Assembly: GCA_963700635.1 (NCBI GenBank)
Contig: CAVOYH010000004.1
Coordinates: 256,001-320,000, forward strand
Direction of reading: 5' to 3'
DNA length: 64,000 bases
Origin: an uncultured Bacteroidota bacterium
Lineage (GTDB): Bacteria > Bacteroidota > Ignavibacteria > UBA10030 > UBA6906
Shown in pieces: positions 9,237-19,072 of this stretch (its first letter is position 1; every line of letters starts with the position of its first letter). A program made the translations under genes and the position numbers. The notes beneath the pieces are model-generated. The model saw only the letters and a program-made list of their open reading frames with translations. It made no database searches and was not told where the DNA came from.

Positions 9237-9449
9237 TTATTCACGAACCGGCCTTGCGCTCCCACTTCATGTTGTTACTCTCATCTTCGTCCCTCGAAGA
9301 TTATCAATTCTGCTGGTATCGTAACTGTCCTTTGTCCTGCGGCAATCTCTTGCCTACACTCGGAAGTACTTTCGCAATGATCCCGATCTGACCGGTGGGA
9401 TGGCCTGAGATTGTCGTCCGCCTTCCATCTATAACCTGCGGAGGTTTCA

Positions 9450-10850
9450 GTGGAACACAAATACACGTTTGTCATTGTTGCTCTCTGTTGTCTTCTTCTA
9501 GCGCCTGATGCGACGGCCCAGCCATGGTCGTACGACTTTGGGACATCAACTGGCAGCCATACATCGTCGGTAAGCACAACGTTTCTGCCTGCGGCCCCGT
9601 CAGGAACCTCGCGCGTGAGAATCGGCTCCGCGGGTGGGAGTTTTGCCATGGAAGACCAGGCGATTACGTTTGGTTTGTCGTCATATCTCCGCGGTGTTGC
9701 GTCCACATCGACGTCATACAACAAGTTTTCGATCTATGACTACGATGCCGGTTCTGCATTCACGTTGCGGTTTAGAATCAGATTTGGGGACTCGAACGGA
9801 GCGGCAGCCGTGTCATCGGGCGCGTGGTACCTCTTTGTGGGCGATGGCGCCACATTTGGTGACAACAATGTCTTTAGTGGTACACAGGTTTTCACGGGAC
9901 TGCAGTGGACATTCGGTGAATCAGGTGCAATCGCGACAACATACCGGAACAGCGGATCATGGAGCACGAGCGGATTGAGCGGAACGCCCTTTGAGCAGGG
10001 TGCGTCCTATATCGTTGAGATTTACGGGAATAACACAACAACAGCGCTGCCCTATCAGTACGGAGGTGCACAAAGCACTGGGGCGAATACGTTCGACCTC
10101 TGGGTAAACGGCAGTCTTGTGGGAGACGATCTCGCAAAAGCATTGCTAAGCAATGAAGCCAACATCGATTCCTGGATGTTCTACGGCGGATCAAGCGTGT
10201 CGAATGCAGCCAATGTGTTCATTGACGACATCATATACACAAACGGCGTTGCTGATACTCCGCTGCCAGTCCAGCTCTCGGCATTTGTTGCCCAGCAATC
10301 TGCCGAAGCCGTGGTGCTTACCTGGTCCACCATCACCGAGGTAAACAACTACGGGTTCTACGTCGAAAGAAGAAAAGAGGGGGAGACGGCCTTTGGCGCA
10401 GTCGCAATCGGGTTTGTGTCCGGGCATGGGACAACTCTTGAACGGAAGAGTTACCGTTTTGAAGACAGAGATGTTCCGCCGGGCGTATGGTACTACCGGT
10501 TGCGCCAGGTTGACCTCGATGGCAGGGAGCATCTGTCCGACGCAATCCGCGTTCAGGCCTTGACCGGCACTGACGAAGTCACCCCCGCACACTTCATGCT
10601 TTCGCAGAATTATCCCAACCCTTTTAATCCCTCCACATCGATCAGTTATCACCTTCCGTCACAGACGCGGGTTACACTGACGGTGCAGGATCTCTTAGGC
10701 CGCGTGGTGGCCACGCTTGTGGACGGAATCGAACCTGCGGGGAGCAGAGTGGTCAGATTCGACGCGGCGGGGCTGTCCAGCGGTATCTACACCTATCGAC
10801 TTCAAGCGGGCGAGCAAACGTCTTCCATGCGAATGATTCTCCTGAAGTAG
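9450..10850 (+). CDS. T9SS-secreted protein: beta-rich (lectin/LamG-like) N-domain, 'LPVxL' Ig-like domain, CTD
   Basis: GTG start after GGAGG; signal peptide; PLPVQLSAF...W.T..E.NNYGF.VER...YYRLRQVD.DG; QNYPNPFNPST. Confidence 0.8.
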   Translation: MEHKYTFVIVALCCLLLAPDATAQPWSYDFGTSTGSHTSSVSTTFLPAAPSGTSRVRIGSAGGSFAMEDQAITFGLSSYLRGVASTSTSYNKFSIYDYDAGSAFTLRFRIRFGDSNGAAAVSSGAWYLFVGDGATFGDNNVFSGTQVFTGLQWTFGESGAIATTYRNSGSWSTSGLSGTPFEQGASYIVEIYGNNTTTALPYQYGGAQSTGANTFDLWVNGSLVGDDLAKALLSNEANIDSWMFYGGSSVSNAANVFIDDIIYTNGVADTPLPVQLSAFVAQQSAEAVVLTWSTITEVNNYGFYVERRKEGETAFGAVAIGFVSGHGTTLERKSYRFEDRDVPPGVWYYRLRQVDLDGREHLSDAIRVQALTGTDEVTPAHFMLSQNYPNPFNPSTSISYHLPSQTRVTLTVQDLLGRVVATLVDGIEPAGSRVVRFDAAGLSSGIYTYRLQAGEQTSSMRMILLK

Positions 10851-11003
10851 TCAGTACCGGCAGCCCGTTGTTGTGTTTGCGCTTTCATGCCGTGCTCATG
10901 GTCGGATTCTGTATCGGCGGAATTGACGGGTGGCTCTGCGTGAGCAGGGTATCGTGAACAGGGTGACTGTCAGGCCATATTTCTGGAATCTTTTATCGGA
11001 TCG

Positions 11004-12542
11004 ATGCCAATGCGACGATTTATTCTAGTCTTCCTCATGCTGGCGGGGCTTCAAGCGTACGGCGAAGAGCTTGTCAAAGTCGTCGCGTACAACACGCTGA
11101 ATTACCGGACTACTGACCAAACCCGTGATCAGTACTTCAGGACGGTCTTGCGGTATGTCCACCCTGACGTACTGGTCATTTGTGAAGTGTCAAACCAGGC
11201 CGCGGTCAGTCAATTCTACGACAATGTGCTCAATCTGACCTACCCGGGTGAATATTCCGCAGGAGTCTTCATTGACGGCTACGATACTGACCGAGCAGCA
11301 TTCCATAAATCAGGGATGTTTGATTTTGTCTCCAATACCCCCATCCAGACGGCCCTCCGGGATATCAACGAGTTCACATTCGTCCATGTTGCGTCCGCCG
11401 AAACACTGCGGGTGTATGCAGTACACCTGAAGGCCAGTGATACCGCCACGGATCGGGACAAGAGAGCCGCCGAGGTCGATAACCTGCGCATGGTGACGAA
11501 TCAGCTGCCGGCGGGAAAGAACTTCATGGTGCTGGGTGATTTTAACATCTATGGTTCGACCGAGCCGGCCTATCAGAAACTCCTTCAGGATAATCCGACA
11601 GATGACGGACACGTCGTCGATGCCTTGACGCTCACGGGCACCTGGAACAATGCGGCCTATGCTCAGTATCATACCCAGTCCCCACGCGTACGATCGTTCG
11701 GAGGGGGTGCCACGGGAGGGATGGATGATCGGTTTGACATGATCCTGTTCTCGAATGCGCTTAATGGAAGCGGGAGAGTGTCCTACGTTCCGGGATCATT
11801 AACACCCATCGGGAACGACGGACTTCACTACAACGATTCCATCAACCGGTTGCCGAACTACGCTGTCCCGGACAGTGTGGCCAATGCCATTCATTACGCA
11901 AGCGACCATCTCCCAATTGCTGCAGTGTTCTCCTTTCCTGGTGAACACCTCCCCGTGCAGCTTGTGAACTTCGCGGCTTCGCCAATACCCTCAGGCATAG
12001 TAAGACTCCAGTGGTCAACAGTGAGCGAAATCAACAACTATGGCTTTGAAGTCCAGCGAAAGGGGGTTGGGGACACCGGGTTCAGCACGATTCCCGGTAG
12101 CTTCGTCCCGGGTCACGGAACAACGCAGACCGCCCATCACTATTCGTATACGGATCTGGTTCCTCCGCCTGGTACAAGCTGGTACCGACTACGGCAGATC
12201 GATCTGAATGGGGCAGAAGCGTTCACCGGCTCTGTTCGGGTAGAGGTCCTGACTACCGTAGCTGGAGGAGGCATCATCGGTGAATACAATCTTGCACAGA
12301 ACTATCCGAACCCGTTTAATCCGAACACCACGATACAATACGATTTACCCAATGCCGGATATGTCACGCTCAAGGTCTATGATTGTCTGGGACAGGAAGT
12401 GGCCTCTTTAACGAGTGAGGAGAAGCCAGCAGGGAGGCATTCGGTTCAGTTTAATGCAGCGGACATTGCCACCGGTGTGTATTTATACAGACTTCAAGCG
12501 GGTAACTTCACACAGTCAAGGAGACTGGTGGTGGTCAGGTAA
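11004..12542 (+). CDS. Endonuclease/exonuclease/phosphatase (EEP) family protein with T9SS CTD
   Basis: YN, PD....E, HLKAS, GDFN, RFD.I and SDH.P EEP motifs; LPVQL Ig domain; QNYPNPFNP CTD. Confidence 0.9.
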   Translation: MPMRRFILVFLMLAGLQAYGEELVKVVAYNTLNYRTTDQTRDQYFRTVLRYVHPDVLVICEVSNQAAVSQFYDNVLNLTYPGEYSAGVFIDGYDTDRAAFHKSGMFDFVSNTPIQTALRDINEFTFVHVASAETLRVYAVHLKASDTATDRDKRAAEVDNLRMVTNQLPAGKNFMVLGDFNIYGSTEPAYQKLLQDNPTDDGHVVDALTLTGTWNNAAYAQYHTQSPRVRSFGGGATGGMDDRFDMILFSNALNGSGRVSYVPGSLTPIGNDGLHYNDSINRLPNYAVPDSVANAIHYASDHLPIAAVFSFPGEHLPVQLVNFAASPIPSGIVRLQWSTVSEINNYGFEVQRKGVGDTGFSTIPGSFVPGHGTTQTAHHYSYTDLVPPPGTSWYRLRQIDLNGAEAFTGSVRVEVLTTVAGGGIIGEYNLAQNYPNPFNPNTTIQYDLPNAGYVTLKVYDCLGQEVASLTSEEKPAGRHSVQFNAADIATGVYLYRLQAGNFTQSRRLVVVR

Positions 12543-12577
12543 AAAGACTCACATTGCGCGTGAAACCCGGAACGCCG

Positions 12578-14560
12578 CTACCTGCACGCCGGTCGTGTCG
12601 CCTCCAGGATAAAGTCGACGATGGGCCCGGGATCCGCAAGACTGTGCGGATGATGTCCGACACCGGGTTTCCGGATAACGGTAATCCGCCCACCGGCAGC
12701 GAGGACCCGCCTTTCAAAAGGATCAGTATTCTCCTCCGGCGGCACGACAAGATCCGCGTCACCACATACGTGGATCATCGGAAACCCCCCTTGTGCCAAC
12801 TGGTCCGCCAGATCGATCGGGCTTCCCGTAAATGCCAGGGCCTCTTCCTCCGTCCGGAGACCGAAATTCTGCTTCAAGCGCTCCCACTCGACCGGGTTCC
12901 CGTTACTTTTTCCCTTCCCGCCGGGCCAGCTACGTACGTCGAGAACGGGTGCGTCGGCATACACGCATGCCACCCGTTCCGGATATACTGAAGCCCACCG
13001 GTACATGTAAATCCCGCCCCGGCTGAGCCCCTCGAGCGTAACTTTTGTGCACAACCCGGCACCAACGAGCATCCTGTAGAACCGGTCCCAGATCCCGATA
13101 GCCTCCGGATTCCCGTAGAGTTCCGCCACGTCACAGAAGGCTACATGGAACCCATTCTTCAGGAGGGCAACCTCCGTTTGTGGCTCATGCTCCCAAAACC
13201 TCGAACGCCAGATCCACGGCCGTCCATCTGCCGGAATGTGGGGCCGGACAATTCTTGCCGTGCGCCCCTCAAAAAGGAATTCGCAACAATCATATCCATG
13301 GAAATCACTGTGTATGCCGATGATACCCGCCCGTTCGAGAATGTCGGATTGGGGAAGTGTGCTTCCGGGAAAAGGCTCCGGGAGATTTCCACCTGCCTCT
13401 TTGTCCTTGAGGAATGATCGGAAGCCTGCCACTCGGTGGACCGTGATCAAGTTGGAATCGTGGCAGTCGTGTGCGCCGCCCATTCCATCATCAAATGCAG
13501 TTCGCGAGATTGCAACAAGATCATCCCCTTCAAAGAACCAATCGATGTACTGGAACCCTGTGCGTTTTACATCCTTACTTTCAAGGATGACGTCATGAAT
13601 CTGCCAGGATCGGAGGTCGGACGAAGAGACCAGAACCGCCGTGTTCCGGGTGCGTTCGACGTGGTTGAGGCCCCTGTAGCGGGGGAGGGGGTAGTTGGTC
13701 AGAGACCAATACCGTCCGGACCGCTCATCGTAGCGGACTGTAAATTTCTTGCAGGCGCCGGGGAGAGCGATCGTCGGCATTTCCGGATCCGGCGTGACCG
13801 TCGTGCCGTCGTCCGAAACGGCAAGAACGCAGGCAATATTATCTGTTTCCGTGTGGCACCTGAGAATATTAACGAGCCGTTTCTCTGGCGTAAGCAGGAT
13901 ATTCCCTTCCAGCCACGTGGATCCGGGCAGCCCCGTACGCGGGTGGGGGAGTTCATTGGAAAACGTCCAGACGGTTCTGTTCAGGAGGTCCGCGTCGGCG
14001 GGCGCAGACATCACGAAGCTTCGAAAGCTCCCCCACGGAAGGTTCGGTTCATACCGTTCCATGGCACGCCATACCCGGCCATTGTGCAGAAGCATGGGAA
14101 CCGGCGCACAATGGTACCGGGACAGACTGTCTCCCGGAATGAGCAAGCCGCTAGCCGCGTCCGATGGTTCAGTCCAGCGTATACCACGATCAGTCGATTT
14201 GCGAATGACCGCGTTACCATGTGGTCCATGGACGCCAATCAAGTACACCGCATTCTTTAGAACATGGAGCGACGACCACCGTTGTCCTGACAGCACGCTG
14301 ATTTGCTCCCAATGAGCGCCCTTGTCGGCAGAACGGTACACATATGTTTCGAACCCTCTTTCACCTACAGTGCCGAATCTGTCATGGGTGGCCAGATAGG
14401 TCCCGTCCGGTAGAAGGGTAATGGACGGGGACCCAAGATACACACCGGAGCTTGCAGGTGAGTGGGCGATAACGGTGCCCGGAACGAGGGATAGGTTCTG
14501 TGCGATGGTAGCGGCATAGAGGACGGGCACACAGAAGAGCAGCATGAGTTTTTGGAGCAT
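12578..14560 (-). CDS. Sialidase-like BNR beta-propeller fused to an alpha/beta-hydrolase (esterase)
   Basis: Signal MLQKLMLLFCVPVLYAATIA-Q (start moved from 14890 to 14560). Asp-box repeats SADKGAHW, STDRGIRW, SDDGTT, SSDLRSW. C-domain with GLSRGG, GDAD..VP, GHHPH. Confidence 0.8.
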   Translation of the reverse strand: MLQKLMLLFCVPVLYAATIAQNLSLVPGTVIAHSPASSGVYLGSPSITLLPDGTYLATHDRFGTVGERGFETYVYRSADKGAHWEQISVLSGQRWSSLHVLKNAVYLIGVHGPHGNAVIRKSTDRGIRWTEPSDAASGLLIPGDSLSRYHCAPVPMLLHNGRVWRAMERYEPNLPWGSFRSFVMSAPADADLLNRTVWTFSNELPHPRTGLPGSTWLEGNILLTPEKRLVNILRCHTETDNIACVLAVSDDGTTVTPDPEMPTIALPGACKKFTVRYDERSGRYWSLTNYPLPRYRGLNHVERTRNTAVLVSSSDLRSWQIHDVILESKDVKRTGFQYIDWFFEGDDLVAISRTAFDDGMGGAHDCHDSNLITVHRVAGFRSFLKDKEAGGNLPEPFPGSTLPQSDILERAGIIGIHSDFHGYDCCEFLFEGRTARIVRPHIPADGRPWIWRSRFWEHEPQTEVALLKNGFHVAFCDVAELYGNPEAIGIWDRFYRMLVGAGLCTKVTLEGLSRGGIYMYRWASVYPERVACVYADAPVLDVRSWPGGKGKSNGNPVEWERLKQNFGLRTEEEALAFTGSPIDLADQLAQGGFPMIHVCGDADLVVPPEENTDPFERRVLAAGGRITVIRKPGVGHHPHSLADPGPIVDFILEATRPACR

Positions 14561-14956
14561 ATCGATTGCCCTGTCCGGGGATTTGTGGGGGAAAAATGAC
14601 ATGCCGGTCAATCTGCGCGCATGCGCTATGCAATTCCGGAGATGGCCTCGCGCGCGATTGCGGTGTGATATTGCATGAATATAGCAAAAATTCCGGGAGA
14701 GTAAAACGAGGATCGTTTCCGGAAGGTGAACGGCACACAGATGGCCAAATGTACGCATCCGGGAATGGGGTTTGCCCTCGATTTCCGGGTGAAAGGGGAC
14801 TCTCTGAGATGGCATCCCGCATGATATATAATAAGAGCTGAGCTTTGAGGGGTCCGGTCTGTTGAGTCTCTCCCTGATTGTTCTGCTCATTCATGTGGCC
14901 TCGATTCGTGTGAGGCGTGCTTACAAGTATGAAATTCATTATTGTGGGAAGAAGCC

Positions 14957-15139
14957 ATGACATCTCCGGATTACGTACACATTCTCAAACTCGACAAAAT
15001 AGCATTGAAGTCAAAAACACGGGTGGATTTTCTTGAGGCCGTGAAGACGCGTTTCCAGTTTGCCAGGAATCTTGGCGTGGAGGAGAACTTCCCCTATTTT
15101 GTTGACCAGGCGTGGCTGATCTTCGGGGATGGCGAATAA
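14957..15139 (+). CDS. 60-aa hypothetical microprotein, copy A
   Basis: 49/60 residues identical to 15859-16047, with many synonymous third-position differences; shared upstream GGGAAGAAGC.ATG. Confidence 0.8.
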   Translation: MTSPDYVHILKLDKIALKSKTRVDFLEAVKTRFQFARNLGVEENFPYFVDQAWLIFGDGE

Positions 15140-15159
15140 TCCGGATGCGGAGTGACAGT

Positions 15160-15768
15160 ATGGAACGTAAGGAAGAATTCCGTTTGACTACGATCCCGGA
15201 CGGATTCTATTGGTTTAACGAACCGGCGCGGTACAAGTTTGGAAACGGTTTGGAAATATGTTCGGGTGAGGGAACTGATTTCTGGCAAAACACTCACTAT
15301 GGTTTTCAGAAGGATGATGGACATTGTCTTCTGACGACACACCGCGGCGACTTCACTCTCACGTGCCATGTGGAATCTCGTCCACGGGAACAATACGATC
15401 AGTGCGGCCTGATGGTTCGTCTTGATCGGGAGAATTGGATTAAGGTATCAACGGAATATGAGAATCAAGAAATCAGCCGGCTTGGTTCGGTGGTGACCAA
15501 TCTCGGATATTCCGATTGGGCTACCCAGGATATCCCTTCGACACACACGGCAATGTGGTACCGCATCAGCAAGAGCGGAAGAGATTGTTTGCTCGAGAGT
15601 TCTTCTGACGGCAAAATCTGGATGCAGCTTCGTATGACACACCTGCATAAGGCGTCAGAACAGTACGACATCGGCGTCTATGCATGCAGCCCGAAGGGGA
15701 AGGATTTCTGGTGCAGATTCACGTCGCTGGAAATCTCCAAGAGTGCGTGGGCGCGCACAGCGGGTTAG
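15160..15768 (+). CDS. DUF1349 domain protein (concanavalin-like)
   Basis: W.NEP, TDFWQ.T.YGF..D.GH, YDQCGL, WIK.S.E, LGSVVT..GYSDW, G.YACSP motifs; ATG 15160. Confidence 0.9.
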   Translation: MERKEEFRLTTIPDGFYWFNEPARYKFGNGLEICSGEGTDFWQNTHYGFQKDDGHCLLTTHRGDFTLTCHVESRPREQYDQCGLMVRLDRENWIKVSTEYENQEISRLGSVVTNLGYSDWATQDIPSTHTAMWYRISKSGRDCLLESSSDGKIWMQLRMTHLHKASEQYDIGVYACSPKGKDFWCRFTSLEISKSAWARTAG

Positions 15769-15858
15769 AATCTCTCTGATTGCTATTGAGCACCTATATT
15801 ACATCTATAGTGTAGTGGGTACGGGTGGCTTTGAGGCGCAGTAAACGGGGAAGAAGCG

Positions 15859-16047
15859 ATGGCATCACCGGACTATATACAAATCCTAAAACTCGACAAG
15901 ATTGCCATGAAGTCCAAAACACGGCTGGATTTTCTCGAGGCGGTAAAAGCACGTCTACAATTTGCCAAAAATCTCGGAGTGGAAGAAAACTTCCCCTATT
16001 TTGTCGAGCAGGCGTGGCAAATTTTTGGCGACGGCAAACCATCATAA
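15859..16047 (+). CDS. 62-aa hypothetical microprotein, copy B
   Basis: Paralog of 14957-15139. Confidence 0.8.
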   Translation: MASPDYIQILKLDKIAMKSKTRLDFLEAVKARLQFAKNLGVEENFPYFVEQAWQIFGDGKPS

Positions 16048-16072
16048 AGACACACTACAACCCTTTTTCTGT

Positions 16073-16102
16073 AAAGGCCCCTCCTGTCCAGGAGGGGCCT
16101 TT
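16073..16102. terminator. Hairpin between convergent genes (likely bidirectional terminator)
   Basis: AAAGGCCCCTCCT-gtcc-AGGAGGGGCCTTT, perfect 13-bp stem. Confidence 0.75.
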
Positions 16103-16134
16103 GCGTTCTACCGGGACGGCTGATCACATTTCGT

Positions 16135-19005
16135 TCAGCGAAGCAGCACCAGCTTGCGCACTTCCGTGAATGTTCCTGCTACGATCCTGTACAGGTAGAT
16201 CCCCGATGCAAGCTCCAGGGGTTCGAATCTGGCTTCATGCAAACCCGCATCCTTCGGGCCATCAACCAGCGTGGCAACTGCCTGCCCCGCGATGGAGTAG
16301 ATCGTGAGTGTGACGTGTGCCGGCCGGGCCAGCGTAAACCGGATAGTCGTGGATGGGTTGAACGGGTTGGGATAATTCTGGCTGAGGAAGAAGCTTTTCG
16401 CGAGATGGTCATCCCCTTCTACAACCTGAACCGACGAAATGCTGAAAGCCGTACTGTTCGAAAAAAGAGTCGTGTCCTCGCGAATCTGCACGCGGATCGC
16501 ATATCCGGAGTCAGCCACGAGACCCGTCGCAGGCACCTTCCAGACATAACGGCCTGTATTTTCGACGCTGTCGGCAAGCCTTGTGACCACTGAACCGTTG
16601 CGCAACAGATGGACATTTACCCTTTCCCCGGTATTTGACTCCCAGCGGACGACGACGGTAGATCCGAACCCGATGGTATTTCCGTCGTTCGGAAAAAGTA
16701 CACTCACATACGGCATTGACATGGTGAAATTCGCCGGGCCAGACCATGCGGTCATACCCGATTCATTCCAGAGCCGGACCCTCCAGAAATACTGCGTCCC
16801 TGCGACTCCGTTAGTCCAGGAGAACGATGAACTGCGGAGAGTCGAGTCATTGAGAACAAGGGCCGTGAACAACGAATCAGTGGCGATGTGCAACTGGGAG
16901 CCCGTGATCCGGCCGTAGGAACTCCATTGCAGGGTGACGGGCTGTGTCTGGTTGACCTTCGCCCCTGGCAGTGGTAGCACGAGCGTCGGGAGGCCGGGAG
17001 CCGTTACTTCTGCCGGGATGCCCACGACAAACTCTCCGAACTGTGTCGTCGTTGCGGTAATACTCTCCCCGGTGGGGCTGAACGACGTACCAAGAGGAAT
17101 AAATGTACCGCTCCCCTCCGTCGGGCGGTAATAAACGACCGTCTGGTCCTTCCGGGTGGACGAAGCGAGTGTCGTGCTGTCGAATGTCACTGTCGCAGTG
17201 AACGCAGTCATCCCTATCTGCCGGATTACCCACCGTTGTCCCTGCAAGAACGGGGCGACACCCGCAAAATCCGGATTTACAGGAGATCCTGCATACCGTC
17301 TGACTGTCACGCTGTTGTAGCCGCTGGTGATCTGCGAGAAATTGAGAGCCACACCTGTCTGCACGCTGTCCCCCTTACGAAACGAGTAGGTGACGCCAGG
17401 CACAACATCATACATGGGCACGACAGCAGCCGGGAGGAGAAGAGAGCTGAACACATACTTGAATGCACGATAACTCACTGCGGGATCAAGGAACCGCATC
17501 TCAATGGCAATGGATTTGTCGGGGCGGACCTCCGTGAGACACTGGGGTCCTACGCCCGTGAGAAGCGAAGAACCCCACCCAATCAGCGTGTTGCCGTTTG
17601 GGAGCCGCTGCACCGAACCGCGGGTGGGTGCAAAAATGTCCGGCGTGTGACGGTATTCCCACACCATCGTTGCGGTTTTGCTGACCTGATCCACTGCATA
17701 CTCCACTGCACGCGAGACTTTTTCTGGATGAAGATTCCCGTTGTCGAACAGAAGAAAATTGCCGTTCGGCAGACGTTCAAGGCAGTGTTGATACGTGAAA
17801 TAGGTCGGCGCGTTTGCCGCGTTCTCTCCGATAAAAGTGAAGTCGTTCTTCTTGCCCCCCATGCGCCAGAGAATATCCCCCGTCATCCTGTTGATCTTGA
17901 CGATGTCGCATGTGTTCCTGAAACAGGCAAGGATGTTGCCGTCACCATCCATGTCGTAAGCATTAACATGAATGTAGTCGAATGCTGAAGCGGTGACCGG
18001 CATGTAGGTATCGGCAATCGGGATGTAATCCCAGCTGCGCCACTGGAAGACCACCTGCCGGTTCAGGTCCAGTTCCTGGAGTATGGATCCGACCACAATG
18101 GCGTTCGGGTTGCCATTTGCCACCAGCGTGCTCATGTCCACGTACTGGATGTCGTATGCATGCAGCAGGATGTGGCCGTTGGCGAGCATGCGGAAATCAT
18201 GGCTGTCCGCATCGTAGCCATTTCCTGCCCGCACACTGTCCACATCTGTGAGAGTCGAGTCAACGATCCGGTGTACCGTTCTGCTCCCACCTGCGTAACC
18301 CCACTGGGAGAAGCCCTCGGCATAGGAAAGGAGCCCGTTCGGTTGTTGCTTAAAATCGTATGTGTGTCCGTGTGTTTCTTTGTGTCTGACAATCTGGCCG
18401 GCATTGTCAACGACAAAGACGTATTCTCCGAGGCCCGCGCCGACCTCTGTCGTCGAGAGGAGAAAATACCCCGGGGCAGGGCTGTTGACCGTATCCACCT
18501 GAATACGCGGGAGGTCGGTCGGGAGGGAATCAAGTCCCGCGATCTTTGCACTTGCGGGAGCGCTGCCGGACGTTCTTGTGATGACCTCCCCGTTGTCCGT
18601 AACGATATAAAGATCCGAGAGGGGAGTGCGCTGTGGCGTCGTGGTGAAGGAAAATCGCAAAGGAGCAAGTGTTTGTCCGGAGGATCCGTTCACTGTCCCG
18701 GCAAAAACCACGTCCACCCGTTCGTTCTCCCGGAATGGGGCCTGCGGGGTGAAGATCATGGTCTGGCCATCATCGGACAGTGTTGCGGTTACGGCGAGGA
18801 CACCCGATTGTTCCCCCCGGATTTCTATGACGTCAGACGAAACGGCGGAGCGAGCGATCTGAGCGTCAGCCCGGAGAATTATGTTGGATTCCCGCGAGAC
18901 GAGAGCCGATCCGGGCTTTGGCGAGAGATAAATGATGTTCTGGGTGGCTGCCTGCTGTGAAAAAAGGAACAGCAGAGCGGGGAGTAACCATCTTCCGGTC
19001 TTCAT
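16135..19005 (-). CDS. Aryl-sulfate sulfotransferase (ASST-like) with N-terminal Big_5-like Ig domain, extra C-terminal domains and T9SS CTD
   Basis: DSHDF, FQWRSWD, DYIHVN, TYQH, FDNG, SRAVEY, GSVQRLPNGNTLIGWG; QNYPNPFNPST. Confidence 0.85.
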   Translation of the reverse strand: MKTGRWLLPALLFLFSQQAATQNIIYLSPKPGSALVSRESNIILRADAQIARSAVSSDVIEIRGEQSGVLAVTATLSDDGQTMIFTPQAPFRENERVDVVFAGTVNGSSGQTLAPLRFSFTTTPQRTPLSDLYIVTDNGEVITRTSGSAPASAKIAGLDSLPTDLPRIQVDTVNSPAPGYFLLSTTEVGAGLGEYVFVVDNAGQIVRHKETHGHTYDFKQQPNGLLSYAEGFSQWGYAGGSRTVHRIVDSTLTDVDSVRAGNGYDADSHDFRMLANGHILLHAYDIQYVDMSTLVANGNPNAIVVGSILQELDLNRQVVFQWRSWDYIPIADTYMPVTASAFDYIHVNAYDMDGDGNILACFRNTCDIVKINRMTGDILWRMGGKKNDFTFIGENAANAPTYFTYQHCLERLPNGNFLLFDNGNLHPEKVSRAVEYAVDQVSKTATMVWEYRHTPDIFAPTRGSVQRLPNGNTLIGWGSSLLTGVGPQCLTEVRPDKSIAIEMRFLDPAVSYRAFKYVFSSLLLPAAVVPMYDVVPGVTYSFRKGDSVQTGVALNFSQITSGYNSVTVRRYAGSPVNPDFAGVAPFLQGQRWVIRQIGMTAFTATVTFDSTTLASSTRKDQTVVYYRPTEGSGTFIPLGTSFSPTGESITATTTQFGEFVVGIPAEVTAPGLPTLVLPLPGAKVNQTQPVTLQWSSYGRITGSQLHIATDSLFTALVLNDSTLRSSSFSWTNGVAGTQYFWRVRLWNESGMTAWSGPANFTMSMPYVSVLFPNDGNTIGFGSTVVVRWESNTGERVNVHLLRNGSVVTRLADSVENTGRYVWKVPATGLVADSGYAIRVQIREDTTLFSNSTAFSISSVQVVEGDDHLAKSFFLSQNYPNPFNPSTTIRFTLARPAHVTLTIYSIAGQAVATLVDGPKDAGLHEARFEPLELASGIYLYRIVAGTFTEVRKLVLLR

Positions 19006-19072
19006 AAATTCTTCCTTTGCTTATTGCTCACTCTGAGCAGGTTCCATGACACGATGTGTCCTGTTTCCGCAT

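Noticed and set aside
14382-14963. Minus-strand ORF with an ATG at 14894 preceded by GAGG (MNEQNNQ...)
   Set aside because: It overlaps the sialidase-like gene and its probable promoter (minus-strand TATATT at ~14678-14683); no recognisable motif.
14957-16047. Duplicated microprotein genes as direct repeats of a mobile element carrying DUF1349
   Set aside because: The copies differ at many synonymous sites, and there is no transposase, integrase or terminal inverted repeat.
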